Below are positions 1 through 13,518 of a stretch of 64,000 bases of DNA, piece by piece. The notes beneath the pieces were generated by a model. That model saw nothing but the letters and a program-made list of their open reading frames with translations. It was not told the DNA's origin and ran no database searches. Numbering within the stretch: the first letter of the stretch is position 1; every line of letters begins with the position of its first letter. The translations under genes and the position numbers were made by a program. This DNA is from Heterostelium pallidum (Eukaryota), in NCBI RefSeq assembly GCF_000004825.1, contig NW_008805103.1:55941-119940 (forward strand). Direction: 5' to 3'.

Positions 1-693
1 CCGGTGACCTACATCTTCACTCACGACTCTATCGGTGTCGGTGAAGACGGTCCAACTCATCAACCTGTAGAGACTGTCAGTGGTCTCCGTATGATTCCAA
101 ATCTCGACGTCATTCGTCCAGCCGATCCAGAGGAAACCGCCGGTGCCTTTGCCTCTGCTTTCACCAGAATGTCAGGTCCAACCTTATTGGCATTGACCCG
201 TCAAAACCTTCCAAACTTGACCATGGTCGATGTCAAAGTTCGTCGTGAGGGTGTTTTGAAGGGTGCATACATTTTGATCAAAGAAACCGGTGCACTCAAG
301 CAAATTCTCATTGCTACCGGTTCCGAAGTTCAACACGCCGTCGAAGCTGCCAAGCAACTCGGTGACGGTGTCCGTGTCGTCTCGATGCCATGCACTGAGA
401 TTTTCGATCGTCAATCAAGCGAATACAAAGAACAAGTTTTACCATCATCATGCAGAAACAGAGTTGCTATTGAAGCTGGTGTCACCTCTTTCTGGTGGAA
501 GTACGTCGGTCTTGACGGTAAGGTAATTGGTATCGACAGATTCGGTATGTCTGCCCCAGGTAGCACTGTCATGAAGCAACTTGGAATGTGTCCAGAATCA
601 GTTATCAAGGCTGCCAATGAGTTGAATCAATTAAAAAAAAAAAAAAAAGTATTGATGATCTGGAAACTCAAATCACACACCTTATTTAAATAA
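1..693 (+). CDS. Transketolase, C-terminal part (5' end lies outside the window). The 3' end is uncertain because an A16 run sits inside the last codons.
   Basis: ORF 4..693 translates to ...[19 protein letters not shown]...DVIRPAD..ETAGA.. and a C-terminal domain ([25 protein letters not shown]). These are canonical transketolase pyrimidine-binding and C-terminal motifs. The frame is open from position 1. Confidence 0.85.
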   Translation, partial: PVTYIFTHDSIGVGEDGPTHQPVETVSGLRMIPNLDVIRPADPEETAGAFASAFTRMSGPTLLALTRQNLPNLTMVDVKVRREGVLKGAYILIKETGALKQILIATGSEVQHAVEAAKQLGDGVRVVSMPCTEIFDRQSSEYKEQVLPSSCRNRVAIEAGVTSFWWKYVGLDGKVIGIDRFGMSAPGSTVMKQLGMCPESVIKAANELNQLKKKKKVLMIWKLKSHTLFK

Positions 694-1175
694 AATACTA
701 ATAAAATAATAAAACCAAACTAAATGCGCCAACAATTAAATATCAGGAGGTAATGATTTAATACTAATATTATTCTTTATTAAATTGATCGATCAATTCA
801 TTTAGGTTGGAATAGATGTTAAATGTACTGGAGTGTTGATTGGTTTGAGTGAAGATTCTTTCTTTTTTCTTTTTTTTTTTTTTTTTTGTGTTGTTGTTGC
901 TAATATGATGATGATGATTATTATTAATTAAATAAATTGATAATTATTGATCCAATAAACCAAAAGGTGAGTTGTTACCTTTCATACTCTTCTTCTTCTT
1001 CTTTTTGTTATTTGTTATTTATGATTAAATACCGATTGTCATGGAACAACACTAATTAAATAGTACTATTATTATTTACAAGAAAAATTGATTATAAAAT
1101 AAAAACATAAACTAAACAAACAATGGTTATCTCTTTTGTTTTTCCTATTACTAACTAGATTGATTGTTATGATGC

Positions 1176-2042
1176 TCAACTACAACAAACAGATGAATTC
1201 TGTACTGGTTTTGGACTTGGTTCTGCTTGACTATTCGATTGGTGGTGTTTCTGCAGTAGTTTCTTGGCGATTTCTAAAAACATTTGATCTATACCTTCGT
1301 TGTTCTTTGCCGATGTCTCAAAATAAACTGCTCCTATTTCGCCTGCATATTGTAGTGCTATCTCTCGAGATACCTGTCGCTTTTCCACCAAATCAATTTT
1401 ATTACCACAAACTATCAAAACTATAGAATATCGGAGATGAATCACTGTAAGTAACATACATCCTATGCAAAATATTACTGATATGGTTGTCTGTACTTAC
1501 TTATTTCCTCTTGAATATTTGTTTTCAATTCTTCAACCCAGAGCTTAACTTTTTCAAACGACAGAGGTACAGTCACATCATAAACTAAAACAGCTACACA
1601 AGCACCTCTGTAATACATGGGTGCCAGTGATCTAAATCTATCTTGTCCTGCTGTATCCCATATTTGAAATTTGATTCTGCTGTTATCTACATATCTATTG
1701 TTGATTTATAAAATCGATCGAGATTTACTAATATTAGTCGATCGATCGATCGATCAATTATGCATCAGCATCCGATGTATGTGTTTGTGTATTACATACA
1801 TATTTTTTGTTAAAAAAGAAGCACCTACTGTCGACAGTGGTCTTGTTGGAAATACACCCTCAGAGTATCTTATAGCTATTGCTGTTTTACCAACATCTAT
1901 TGTTTTTGTTTTTTATAAAATGATGATTATGTTAAATATTTGATACTATTTATATCCAACAAGATATATGCATTTGAGGTGATTGGTTACCTGTATTACC
2001 AAGTAAGACTACTTTTTTCTCTAGCAGAATTGAATTTTCCAT
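1176..2042 (-). CDS. rab21: Rab family small GTPase, Rab21-like, with four exons. Approximate minus-strand exons are 2042..1990, about 1965..1800, about 1697..1501 and 1422..1176.
   Basis: The spliced translation is [88 protein letters not shown]...[58 protein letters not shown]...VCCS*. It carries the P-loop, WDTAGQ, GNKxD and ETSAK motifs and a CCS prenylation tail, as in Rab21. The introns have GTAAGT or GTATGT donors and AG acceptors. Confidence 0.8.
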
Positions 2043-3547
2043 GAACAATGTTGTTTTCTGTGTTTGTGAAAAATAAAAATAAAACTAATGCTAAGATATC
2101 TTGTTTACTGTTTAATTATATTTGTAGTGTTGATTGGTTTTTATGGATGAATGAAAAATAATCTTTTCAAAAAAATTGTTTTTTTTTCTGACCTTTGCTT
2201 AATGAACCGAATGTGAATGAATGTTTGCTTCTCTATGATATCATAGACTTGTTGTTTACTATATAGTAATAATGAATAACTTTATATTGATGATAATTTA
2301 CAATACATAAATAAATAAAACCAGGATGCTAATTAATTAGAGAGGGTTTAATCTAAACAAATAACAAATTGGTTAAAAACATGATCAGCATGCTGTATAA
2401 TAATTAAATTAAATGAAAAAAAAAAATAAAATTAAAAATTAATGAATTGAATAAATAAGTTTTAAATGTGTTGATGTTATATATCTGTTGTTACTAGTGG
2501 GTTTTTTTTTAATGTTGTTGTTTTTTTTTTTTTTTTTTCAACCCAATGAAGTTAATAGTCAATTGATTCTCTTTAAAATACTAAGACAACAATGATCAAC
2601 AAATTCAAACTAATATTTATCGAATATAGAGAAGTATATTAATTTTAATTTTTTTTGTACAGATATTCAATTCATAGCATAACCAGAATCGTCGAATTTT
2701 GTTTATAAACTCGATTGTCCCCTTGATCATATATAAACTCAATGGCTCTATCGAATTACACCGAACAGCAAGGGACTTTGTTGACCAAATATTATTTTGT
2801 GATTAACAAACTTTGTAAATTTGTTTAAACACACAGTTTTAAATTATATGTATTAATCAAAATGCTTCATATCAACAAACCCTACCTATTTTACAATTAT
2901 TAGTTATTAGTGGGATGATCATAAAACAAGATGATTATTATAGTAGTTGCAATTTTTTATTAAAAGAAAAATATATTTCAAATTAATTAAAAGGAATTGA
3001 TAAACAATTGTTTTAATCACTATCATTGCAAATAAAAGTATGAAATGGTTTAATAATCCCATGAGGTTATTTATCGAAAACAAACCAGGTTATAACTTTT
3101 TTTTTTGAAGTTCATACAAAAAATCTTTCAATCCAAAGATTTAAACCACACAAATTTTCACATTTTTTTTACTTTATGTGAAAATTTGTGCAAAAAAAAA
3201 ACATGTTGAACACCAATTTTATTCAAATTTAGAAATTAATAAAAAATTTGTAGACTTTAATTTTTTTTAAAAAAAACAAACCAAACACATAATAATTTAA
3301 ATTATTTTATTTTTTTTAATATATATATTAATATCAGCTTGCTTCGTTTAGTCATTGTTTAAATTTATTTCTCAAAAAGCACACTACCCAAATACATTAA
3401 CATACCTTACACATAATAAAACAACTCACAAACAAAACAATATATTTGCAACAACAAACATATTAATTATTATTAATTTTAAATTTAATTAAATTTTTTT
3501 TTTATTATTCATTTTTTGTACATATATTATAAATAAACAAATAATTA

Positions 3548-4551
3548 TTGAAAAATAGAATGTATAATCCACCACCACCAACATCAGGAGTAGGAAAAGC
3601 TAATAATTATTATAGACAACCAACTTCAACACCAGGAATAGGAGCACCAGGAAACCCAACAGTTCCAAACTTTGCAGTACCACAACCATCAATGTCGAAA
3701 TATCCACCAGCACCATCGCCACAAGGCCAATATCCACCACCTCCACCACCAGGCGGAGCCGGACAATATCCACCACCTCCACCTCCATCGGCACCAGGAG
3801 CCGGTCAGTATCCACCACCTCCATCGGCACCAGGTCAGTATGGAGCACCAGCACCAGGACAGTACGGTGCACCATCAGGTCCACCAGCTTCCGGTCCAGG
3901 TATCTCATTGCAGAAAGATCAAACCATCTCACTGAGTAAAGAGGATCCACATTTGAGACGTGTATTCGTCGGTCTCGGTTGGGATGTCAACCAAATACCG
4001 GGTTACCCATTCGATCTCGATGCCGTGGTCTTTATGCTCTCACCAAACGGTATGGTTAGATCGAGCCAAGACTTTATCTTTTACAACAACAAGACTTCAA
4101 GAGATTCTTCTGTCACTCATCAAGGTGATAATCTTACTGGGTATGTAATTTATAACCTTAATACTAACTCATTATTATTTATCATTCGATATTAATATAT
4201 TAACTAAACTCTAATAGTTATGGTGAGGGAGATGACGAAACAGTTTCAGTTAATCTTCAAGCAGTATCACCGGATGTAACAAGATTGGTGTTTGCAGTAT
4301 CAATTCACGAAGCAGATCAAAGAAGACAGAATTTCAGTATGGTACAGCGTGCATTCATTCGTGTCGCCAACCATGAGACTGGCAGAAATATTTGTAGATA
4401 CGACCTCTCCAACGAAGGTGGTTACAACACCGCAATGATCGTCGGTGAAGTATATCGTGAAGGTCCAGAGTGGAAATTCATTGCCATTGGAAAGAGTTTC
4501 CCAGGTGGTCTCAGATATCTTTGTCAAATGTTTGGTGTAAATTTAGGATAA
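3548..4551 (+). CDS. CABP1-family protein (cAMP-binding protein CABP1 / TerD-domain) with a Pro/Gly/Gln-rich N-terminus. One intron lies at about 4142..4216.
   Basis: ORF 3548..4195 has the repeats [18 protein letters not shown] followed by [30 protein letters not shown]...DLDAVVFML. This is a TerD/CABP1 domain. After a GTATGT..AG intron the frame continues as [39 protein letters not shown]...[20 protein letters not shown] (ORF 4285..4551). Confidence 0.8.
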
Positions 4552-4678
4552 TTTTAAAAATAAAGAATAAGAAAAAAAAACAAAAAACTAACATTCATTA
4601 ATATATTTAAAGACAAACTAAAATAAAATAAAATTGTATATCATCAAACAATAATAGTTTTTTTTTTTCTTTATTTCT

Positions 4679-5207
4679 TTATTGACATGGTAAACCAATA
4701 TTTCCTTTGTTTGTCTTGCTTTTAATTGTATTTGTATTTGATTTTGATTCCAATAAAGATTGAATTTCATTTGTAAGTAGATCAATGGCATCGAACAGAA
4801 GATCCATATTCTTTTCTTTTGCAATACCAACAACTAAATATCTTTGTGTAATACCAATCATTAGACCACTTTCATATTCTGTTTGAGTTGATTTTGCTTG
4901 GATATGTCTAGAGTTAGACTGTACAAGATAGTATTTAACACCTGAAATTGAAATCGAAATATAATTCTCTATATTGTCCAATTCATTACACATCTTTAAC
5001 AAATCATTAATATCTTGTTGTGACATCTCCAGATTCTCAGATGCTACAACCCTACCAAATTCTTTTCTATCAATAACAGCAGCTTTCTCAACACCATTGT
5101 TTAACTTTAAAAGTTGTTTAACTTTTTCCTATTTTTCATTTCTAAAAGTATAAGTTTTAAATTTATAAGTTTACCTAATATAAATAAATACTTACATTCC
5201 AATTCAT
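4679..5207 (-). CDS. Small Roadblock/LC7 (MglB)-like domain protein. It has two exons: a tiny first exon MNWN at about 5207..5196 and a second exon at about 5112..4679.
   Basis: The spliced translation MNWN/EKVKQLLKLNNGVEKAAVIDRKEFGRVVAS...ISISISGVKYYLVQSN...GLMIGITQRYLVVGIAKEKNMDLLFDAIDLL follows the Roadblock/LC7 pattern ([27 protein letters not shown]...). The donor is GTAAGT and the acceptor is AATAG. Confidence 0.45.
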
Positions 5208-5398
5208 TTCCAAATATTTCTATTTCTTATAAAAGTATTAGCATTAATTAATCCAGGATTATCAAGTTTGTTTCTAAAGAAAAAAAAAAAAAAAGTTCAA
5301 TATTATCTCTAAATCGATTATTGAAGAAAAATTTATGTACATTTTTGGAAATTTCTTTAAAAGTAAATAAATAAAAATTATTAAATATTTATTTAACT

Positions 5399-7074
5399 CT
5401 ATACTCTACAAACATAATTCTTTGATTCAGTGATATATCTATTGTATACAGGTACAGATCCACCCAATACTCTTAGAAATTTAACTTGAATATTCGAGCA
5501 GTTGAATAGTGGAATATCAAATTCAAGATTGATAGGTCCAATCTCCCTGCGAACACTGCTATCAGAGGATGAATCGAATTGAATTTTTGCTCGCAGTGCA
5601 ATCTCAATGCCACCTCTCATCTTTTGAATATTCCAATTAATAGTTTGATTGTTTGTCTCTACAGATTGTCCAGATCCTCCAAAATCTAAACTTGTAACAC
5701 AACTAAAGATAGATATTCGTAAGCATAACGCTTAGTTTAGTAATAATATAGATATTGAATAAGACTTACTTGTAAGTTGATTTAGGTAATGGTATTGTAA
5801 CATCGATGGGATTGGAGATAACATGTGGTGAGAAGTTTGATCTTAGTTTAACTACCAATTCCAATTTACCATTATCGGTCATCTCCACATTTGAGTTTAC
5901 CAAGAACGGTGAGTATGTACTATTCGATATTCTATAGTTAAACAAAGTGAATTCACCTTGGGGTGGATGAAAATTGATAACGCTATTGTTTGTTAAACCA
6001 TTTGGTGCACATTCATGGAAATTACAATCATCTATCAATAGTTTATCAGGTCCATTTGTTTGATTATCATTATTATTATTATTATTATTATTATTTCTAG
6101 AATTAACTATTATATCTTGATCGAAACCAATTGATACTGTTGGATTATTCTTTAAATAACTCTTTATAACAACTCTTCCATTAATTTCATTTCTAATTAC
6201 ATTTCCCTAATTGTTATCAAGTAGATATACATTAGTAAATAACAAACATATAGTTGTAATCTATTATAATTTTAATTACATTTGGTGCCAATAAAACAGT
6301 TAAATGTTCCCAAAGATCAACATATATACTATCTGTATTAAAATCAATTTGTGAAGGTTGATGTATTGGTCTATTTGCTGTACCAGGTGAAATCGATTTC
6401 TTTGTTGCTGTATTCTATTATAGATTTTAATATATTTAATATTTGATATAATCTAAGTAATGATAATAATAATAATAATAATTACAATAAAAGTGTCAAT
6501 GATTGATTCTGATTTTTCGATTTGTATTTCTGTGGGTGGTGTGAATACGAATGCTTTGAGTGTTTGCGTTGATGTCGCCTGTGGATAACCAAAGTCCATC
6601 AGTTCGTCTAAGAGTTCGTAGATCAGTGTAAAGTTCAAACGTATCGATTCTTCGCTGAGATATCCTGTGTAGTCTTGAATGATCTGTGACGTACGATTCA
6701 GTAGTTCGAATGCCAACGACGGTGATATCAACGGTTGCAAACTAGTCAGTACGAAATACATCTCTTTCTTCTTTATAAATATATAGTGTATTGATTCTAG
6801 ATGAAAGCACGGAGTAACATCTGACTTTAAAGAGTTCATTATATTTCTAAAAAATAACTCTGGTGTATTTCTACTTATATCATGTCTATCTATATATATT
6901 TATATTTATATTTATATTAAATAAATCAGTCAATCAATCAATTAATCAATAAACTCAACAGAGTCGGATGAAATCAAATCAATCATTAAAATCAACAATT
7001 TGTTTGTTTAACATACATTCTTTAAATATAATAGGATCACCTTTATAATTTAAAATAAATAATTGACTAAACAT
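5399..7074 (-). CDS. apm4: AP-4 adaptor complex mu subunit (medium chain). It has several exons with short introns and a poly-Asn insertion near 6060..6100.
   Basis: Exon 1 (7074..about 6990) reads MFSQLFILNYKGDPIIFKE, matching AP4M1 [20 protein letters not shown]. ORF 6453..6839 reads ...FTLIYELLDELMDFGYPQATSTQTLKAFVFTPP, matching AP-4 mu [29 protein letters not shown]. The C-terminal mu-homology domain (ORFs 5766..6038 and 5399..5620) ends in ...VPVYNRYITESKNYVCRV, the mu-adaptin C-terminus. Confidence 0.8.
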
Positions 7075-7277
7075 TCTTACAAAAACAGAATAACTAAAAA
7101 ATATCTACAAGATTATAATTAAATATACAATCATATGATACATTAATAGATACAGTTTATGTTGGTAATGATAAAATTAAAAAAAATCGAATTTAATTTA
7201 AAAAAAAACAAAAAAAAAAACTGTTTATCTTTATCTTTGTTCAAATCAGATCACTAATCTAATTATAATAAATAATA

Positions 7278-7762
7278 ATGGATCAAAGTAAGAAAGAAGA
7301 GGGTAGCATCGAAGAACCATTAGATCTCATCAGATTGAGTCTTGATGAAAGAATCTTTGTAAAGATGAGACAAGATAGAGAACTTAGAGGTAAATTACAT
7401 GTACGTATCAATCAATCAATCAATCAATCATTTAATTATGTTTATTTGTTTAGTTAATTAATATAAAATTGTATTTTTACTATAATATGTTACTTATCTT
7501 AATAATATTAGGCATATGATCAACATTTAAATATGATTCTATCAAATGTTGAAGAAACAATCAAAGTTGTTGAAAAAGACGAAGAAACAGATGAAGAGAT
7601 CGTAAAGGTATGATTATACAACACTTATTAATTATTATGCAATTTATAAACTGACAAACTATTGTCTTTTACATCATTTAGAATATCAAAAGAAATATAG
7701 ATATGCTTTTTGTTCGTGGAGATGGTGTAATTTTAATCTCACCACCACTTAGAACTTCATAA
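7278..7762 (+). CDS. lsm3: U6 snRNA-associated Sm-like protein LSm3. Three exons at 7278..7401, 7512..7608 and 7681..7762.
   Basis: The spliced translation is [99 protein letters not shown]. This is near-identical in pattern to eukaryotic LSm3. The introns start GTACGT and GTATGA and end in AG. Confidence 0.9.
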
Positions 7763-8867
7763 GAATACATTATATAATAAAAGATCAAAACAATTGTAAA
7801 AGAAGAAAAAGAAGAAGAAAAGGACGAAGCGCTTCAAAAAAGACCAATCATAATTTTATTAACAGATTAATGAGCTACACATTTACATCATTCAATCGAT
7901 AAACAAAAGCAATAGATTACAAGACAACACATACACATATTCATCATATACAGATATAATCAATATCACCGTTTGGTTATTATTAAACAAACAAAAAAAA
8001 AAAAAAAAAAAAGAGGGTAACTTTTTTTGGAAAATAATTATTATTTGTATGTGATGTTGTAAGTAATAATTAATTACTGTTATATTATTTATTTTACTAA
8101 TTTTGTTTTTTTATTTCTTTTAATGTGAACAAACAACACTTCATACCACTGTTGTATATCACTAGTGAATGAAAACATATAAATTTTATTATTGATGGTG
8201 CATGCACTTGAGCTCAAGTGTGGTGGTGATTATTGGTTTTTTAGTGTGATCATTTATCACTTCACTGTGAGTAATAGTAATGAATTTTAGAAATGCATGT
8301 TCGTATGGGTATGATTAGTGGTAAAAACAAAAAAAAAAAATTACATATTGAACCATTACATTCTTACAATGATAATGTTTATTGAATATGAATATGTAGT
8401 AATAACTTGTATATATGTTTTTTACACATAATACTAACAAGCTGGCAAGACTAAACAAAAAAAAAAAAACAAAAAACAAAAACAAATAATAATAATATTC
8501 AAAAATAATGAGATACTCTCACAATAATAATAGGAGCTCAAAAGGTAAATCAGCATATTACTGAGTAATTCATTCAATCAAATCAATCATTAAAATTATA
8601 TTTATTAATATCTTTAATAATAATATTGCCATTATATTTATTAATTATCACATCCAACAACATATTATTGAGAGTTGGTTTACTTTATTAATTTTTTTTC
8701 CTCTTTTTTTAATAATTAATAATAATAGTAGTTTAATTAAAATTATATAATATAGAAATACTATTTAGATTTAGTATTAGATAATCAGAATTATAAAGTT
8801 ATTATTAAAATATTAATTACTGGACATTGATCCAGTTACACAAAATAATCACTAAATAAAAAAAGTC

Positions 8868-11279
8868 ATGAGGAAAATAATTTTTATATCAGTACTTTCA
8901 ATATTAATATTACAGATTGTTGCAGCGGAATCAGGTAAATATAGAAAACAATAACAAAAAAAAAGTTTGAGAATATTATAATATTAATATTAATAATCAT
9001 TATTTATATATATTTATAAACTTATATATATTATAGATTTTGCAACACCAACCACAACACCATCAACATGTGAAAATTTCAGATGTTTTCAAGGATTGAC
9101 TTGTGTAATGTTGAATGGAGTAGCTACATGTGTTCAACAACAACAACAGGGATCTTGTAATAACTATCAATGCCAACAAGGTTTCCAATGCCAATTGGTC
9201 AATGGTAATCCAACATGTATTCAACAACAACAGGGATCTTGTAATAACTATCAATGCCAACAAGGTTTCCAATGCCAATTGATCAATGGTAATCCAACAT
9301 GTGTTCCAAATCAACCACCAAAAGACTTGTGTAGTCTGGTGATCTGTCAACCGGGATCGCAATGTATCATGACCAATGGCAGACCACAATGTATTCTCTC
9401 ACAGCCACCACAAGACTTGTGCAGCCTAGTGCAATGTCAAGAGGGTGCCAAGTGTGTACTTACCAACGGTAGACCATCGTGTGTATTCGTGAGAAACAGT
9501 TGCGACGGTGTGCGTTGTGAGGAAGGATCTCGCTGTGTGCTTATCAATGGTGCTGTTCAATGCATTAAGGAGGATCATCCAAAATCGTGTTCCGAATTGA
9601 AATGCTCTGGAAAAACACCAAAGTGTATCCTGCTCAATGGTGTACCAACCTGTATCGCTATCTCACCGACACCTGATCCAACCACTTGCACATTGCCATG
9701 TCCACTCGGAAAGAAATGTGTCATCGTTCGTGGAAAACAAACATGCATTGAGAAGGAACCACCTCCCCATCCACCCTTGACTTGTGACAGAATCAACTGT
9801 CCACCAGGTTTGATCTGTCAAGTCATTGCCAATTACAGTATTACCTGTGTTCCAGAATTCAACACTGCAGTTACCACTAGTGGTCTCGGTTCAATCACTC
9901 CAACCTGTGATCAAATCACATGTACCAAGGGTGCATGTGTCATGGTTAACTACCAACCACAATGTATTTTGAACTTGCCAACTTGTGATACTGTCATCTG
10001 TCAGAGAGGTCACACTTGTTTCGTATCCAAGAGTGGTGCCACCTGTATCGCAACAATGAAACCACCCAATCCACCACCAGCATGCTGTAAGGCAACCTGT
10101 TGTCCAGAGGATATGTTCTGTATCGAGCTGAATGATCAACCAAAGTGTATATACGCCAATCCACCACCAAGACCAGGAGGAAGTGGTCCGTGCCGTTCAG
10201 TCAAATGTCCACCTGGAATGGCATGCGCCAACGTCCAAGGAGAGCCAATGTGTACCTACGTCACCGACAGAACCATTTGCAAGGATGTCGAGTGTCCATC
10301 TGGAATGCAATGTGTCTCAGTCAACTACGAACCAATGTGTACCTATGTTATCACCGGTGGTACCGGAACCATCAGTGGATCGCCAACAGGAGCATCTGGA
10401 CATTTCGGATGCAAGTCTGATGCTCAATGCCCAACCCACCAGAAATGTGTTAACGTCAATGGTTTACTTCAATGTGTCGCTCTACCAAGCAAACAAATTT
10501 GTGGTAACGTCATGTGTATGGAACCACAATTCTGTAGCAATGTCAATGGTGCCCCAGTTTGTGTAACCGAATCATCCACTGCGCTCTGCAGAGACATGAA
10601 TTGTCCAGATCCAAGTGTATGTGCTGTCAAGGACAACGTTGCCAAATGTGTATTCTTATCCGATTACCATGAGAACCAAGGTGGAGGTCTATGCGCCGCA
10701 GTATTGTGTAATGCTCCAGCAGTTTGTGTCGAGTTCAACAATATGGCAATGTGTCGTTACCCAGCCGCCGGTTTCAGAAAAGGTGTTCAACAAATTGCCG
10801 ACGGTTACATCCTCGAACTTCCATCCCAGAGAAATAAGATTCCCATGACCATTTACTCCAAGCCATCGGAATGCGACAGTGTTGCATGTGAACTGTGGAA
10901 TGCCACTTGTATTATGCTCGACGGAACTGCCTACTGTGCACGTGGTGGAGAGGGTCAGTTCTCCGATCCAAACTCACCACATTGTCCACTGATCAGCTGT
11001 CCATCTGACACCACTTGCAGAGAGCACAACGGTATCCCATACTGTGTCAAAGTCAATCCATGCAAGACCTTCAGATGTCCAAACGACCAGAGCTGTCGTG
11101 TCAACGAAGACAATGAACCATACTGTGCCTCACAGAATGCCAGTGGTTGTACCGGTATCACTTGTTCCAAAGGCTACCAGTGTCATGACGGTAAATGCTA
11201 CCGTGACTGCAGTACATTTGATTGTCCAAGCCGATTCCATAAATGTATAATGGTTAATGGAGCAAAGAAGTGTGTATAA
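8868..11279 (+). CDS. Secreted Cys-rich repeat protein, about 750 aa. Exon 1 (8868..8932) encodes the signal peptide and exon 2 runs about 9038..11279.
   Basis: The signal peptide is MRKIIFISVLSILILQIVAAES. Then come more than 20 repeats of about 28-37 aa with the pattern C-x(3-5)-C-x2-G-x2-C-x4-NG-x-P-x-C, such as QGSCNNYQCQQGFQCQLVNGNPTC. These are follistatin/EGF-like repeats typical of dictyostelid extracellular matrix and spore-coat proteins. The single ORF 9096..11279 is 727 aa. Confidence 0.8.
9150..9303. repeat. Near-perfect 84 bp tandem duplication inside the Cys-rich gene. It duplicates one 28-aa repeat in frame.
   Basis: The unit GGATCTTGTAATAACTATCAATGCCAACAAGGTTTCCAATGCCAATTGGTCAATGGTAATCCAACATGTATTCAACAACAACAG at 9150..9233 recurs from 9234 with one substitution (GTC to ATC). 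The spurious minus-strand ORF 9063..9389 also shows this period. Confidence 0.9.
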
Positions 11280-12250
11280 ATCATAGGTGAAAAAATATTT
11301 TTTTTTTTTTTCTAGATAACAAATCAACAACAATTGAAATCAATACCAAACATACAAAAAATGGAAAACTATTATAAAACCTAAAAAATTAAATAAACTT
11401 TATAATTTTAATCAAATTTTTTGTATTATTTATTTATTGACTTTGAAACTTTGGATAAACCCTTGGGATTCCAAGCTATATCTTATTTTGTGCTTTTATG
11501 GATACAATAATCAATGTCTTTATAGCTTAATTTTTCTTTGTATACAGTTGTCGTGCCCATGAGTTCAATGGGAAAACCAAATAATATTAAGAAAATCTTA
11601 AGAATTTAGAATAATTTAGGTGATATTTTACTTCCAAGACATATTGATTAAACTCACTTTTATAAATATATAAGTTATTTGAATGATTTCTTTTTTAAAA
11701 AATCAAATATTTTTTCAATTTTCTATCTTTTAAAATTTATATATATTAAATAAAAAAATAAATAAAATGATCAAATTGTTATTTGATCTGATTATTTGTG
11801 ATTATGTAAAACTTTCACCCCAACACGTTTAGATACATCTGAAAAGTTTTTTGATCAACTACCACAAAAAAAATAATGATAGTATTAAAAATAAGGGGTG
11901 AAATGGGGTTGATTGTTTATAGAATTGTATTTTAATGACCATCATATCATACAAAAACTTGGAGGTGGTCTCAATCTTTAAAATAAAAACATTGTAGTTA
12001 AAAACAATATGATCTAAAGCTTGATTAATTTAGTGAAGATTGAACAAACAGATTAAAATTCCAAAAATAACAATCAACTATTTTTAATAACTTTTTTATT
12101 AATAACTAGCTATTTTTCTAATATCGGTTCTCATAATAAGAGAAAAAATATTTTTTCATTGATTGATTTTTAGGAGTCATTGTCAATTCTCAATCCATTT
12201 TGTATAGATTCAAATTTGTAGAAATATTATTTGTATAATTATTAAAGAAA

Positions 12251-13293
12251 ATGAAAGAAATCTGTATTTTTATATTTATAAACTTTTTATCTTGTATATT
12301 AGCCAACAACTATCCGTCATATGCAGGTAAATATTAAATATTGATTTAATGGAAAAAAAAACAATCTTTATACTTATTATTAATTTTTTTATTAAATTTA
12401 GGACCACCTTATTTATACAACAGTGGAGGTGAAGCAACTGGAACACATTACGATTATCCACAAAATGGAAACTGTGGATATGGAAATCTATTTGGTCGAC
12501 TAGGTCCACATACAAACAATATTGTTGCTGTGAACACTCATCTTTTTAATAGTACACTCCAGTGTGGTCAATGCTACGATCTATTCATTAATAATAAAAC
12601 GTTGACCGTAATTGTAACCGATCAGTGCCCAGATCCAGGTTGGTGCGACAGCCATCACACTCATTTTGATTTGTATAAACCTGCATTCGAATTGCTACAA
12701 GATCCAAACATACTTGGAACCATGTCAAATATTACATTCAAAAAAGTTCCATGTCCTATCCAAGGAAATATTCACGTCTATCTAAAACCTGGTTATTCGC
12801 AATACTATCAATCTATTTTAATTTTTAATCATACTAGTAAGTTTTTCATTATTATTATAAGAGCTACTGGTTAATGATTTAAAAAATAACTAATTATTTC
12901 TTATATTATTTTATAATTATATAACAAATAGTTGGTATCGAATCAGTTGATATATTAAAAGAGAATACTACTCAATACACACCGATGAGACGTACTTTCG
13001 ATAACCATTGGGAACCGGTTGTCTGGGGAAATCCAGGAAATTCTTACAAACTTAGAATTAATTCTGTTTTGGGTGAATCTGTAGTTGCAATTATTGACCA
13101 GCCATGCTCAGATAAACTATATGATTCTGGTGCACAATTTTCTCGAATACCTGGTCCCACTGATGGAATCAATCCATTTTACTCTATGGATACTACTTCA
13201 TCTGCCAACACTCAACCTACCTATTCTATCACTCATATTGTATTACTATTCCTTTTATTTGTAATATTAAATATTAACTTTAGTCTATATTAA
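12251..13293 (+). CDS. Expansin-like protein, secreted. Three exons at 12251..12326, about 12402..12837 and about 12932..13293.
   Basis: The signal peptide MKEICIFIFINFLSCILANNYPSYA is followed by ...QNGNCGYGNLFG...LQCGQCYDLFINNKTLTVIVTDQCPDPGWCDSHHTHFDLYKPAFELL. This is an expansin/DPBB domain with the GxCGYG and HFDL motifs. Exon 3 resembles the CBM63 domain and ends in a hydrophobic tail, a possible GPI or TM anchor. Confidence 0.8.
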
Positions 13294-13518
13294 CTATTAT
13301 AGTTATATTTTTAAAAAATATATAAATAAACAAATAACTGATTATGCTAGACTAACTTTCCACTTTGATCAAATTGATCATTAAAAAAAAAAATGAAAAA
13401 AAATTTTTTTTTTTTTTTTTTTTTTTTTTGGGTTTTGTGCATAATCGATTACCTAACGTTTTTTAAGAGTATCAGTGTTTGTTTGTTGTTGTTTGTTTAA
13501 TATACATTAGAAAATAAA

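Noticed and set aside
3600-3950. Two overlapping ORFs (minus 116 aa, plus 87 aa His-rich) across the CABP1 N-terminus
   Set aside because: These are alternative frames of the Pro/Gly/Gln-rich CCACCACC repeat. Only frame 3548..4195 continues into the conserved TerD domain.
9063-9389. 108-aa minus-strand ORF with an internal repeat (LLLNTCWITIDQLALETLLALIVITRSLL, twice)
   Set aside because: It is the antisense reading of the 84 bp tandem duplication inside the plus-strand Cys-rich gene. The repeat periodicity creates an open antisense frame by chance.
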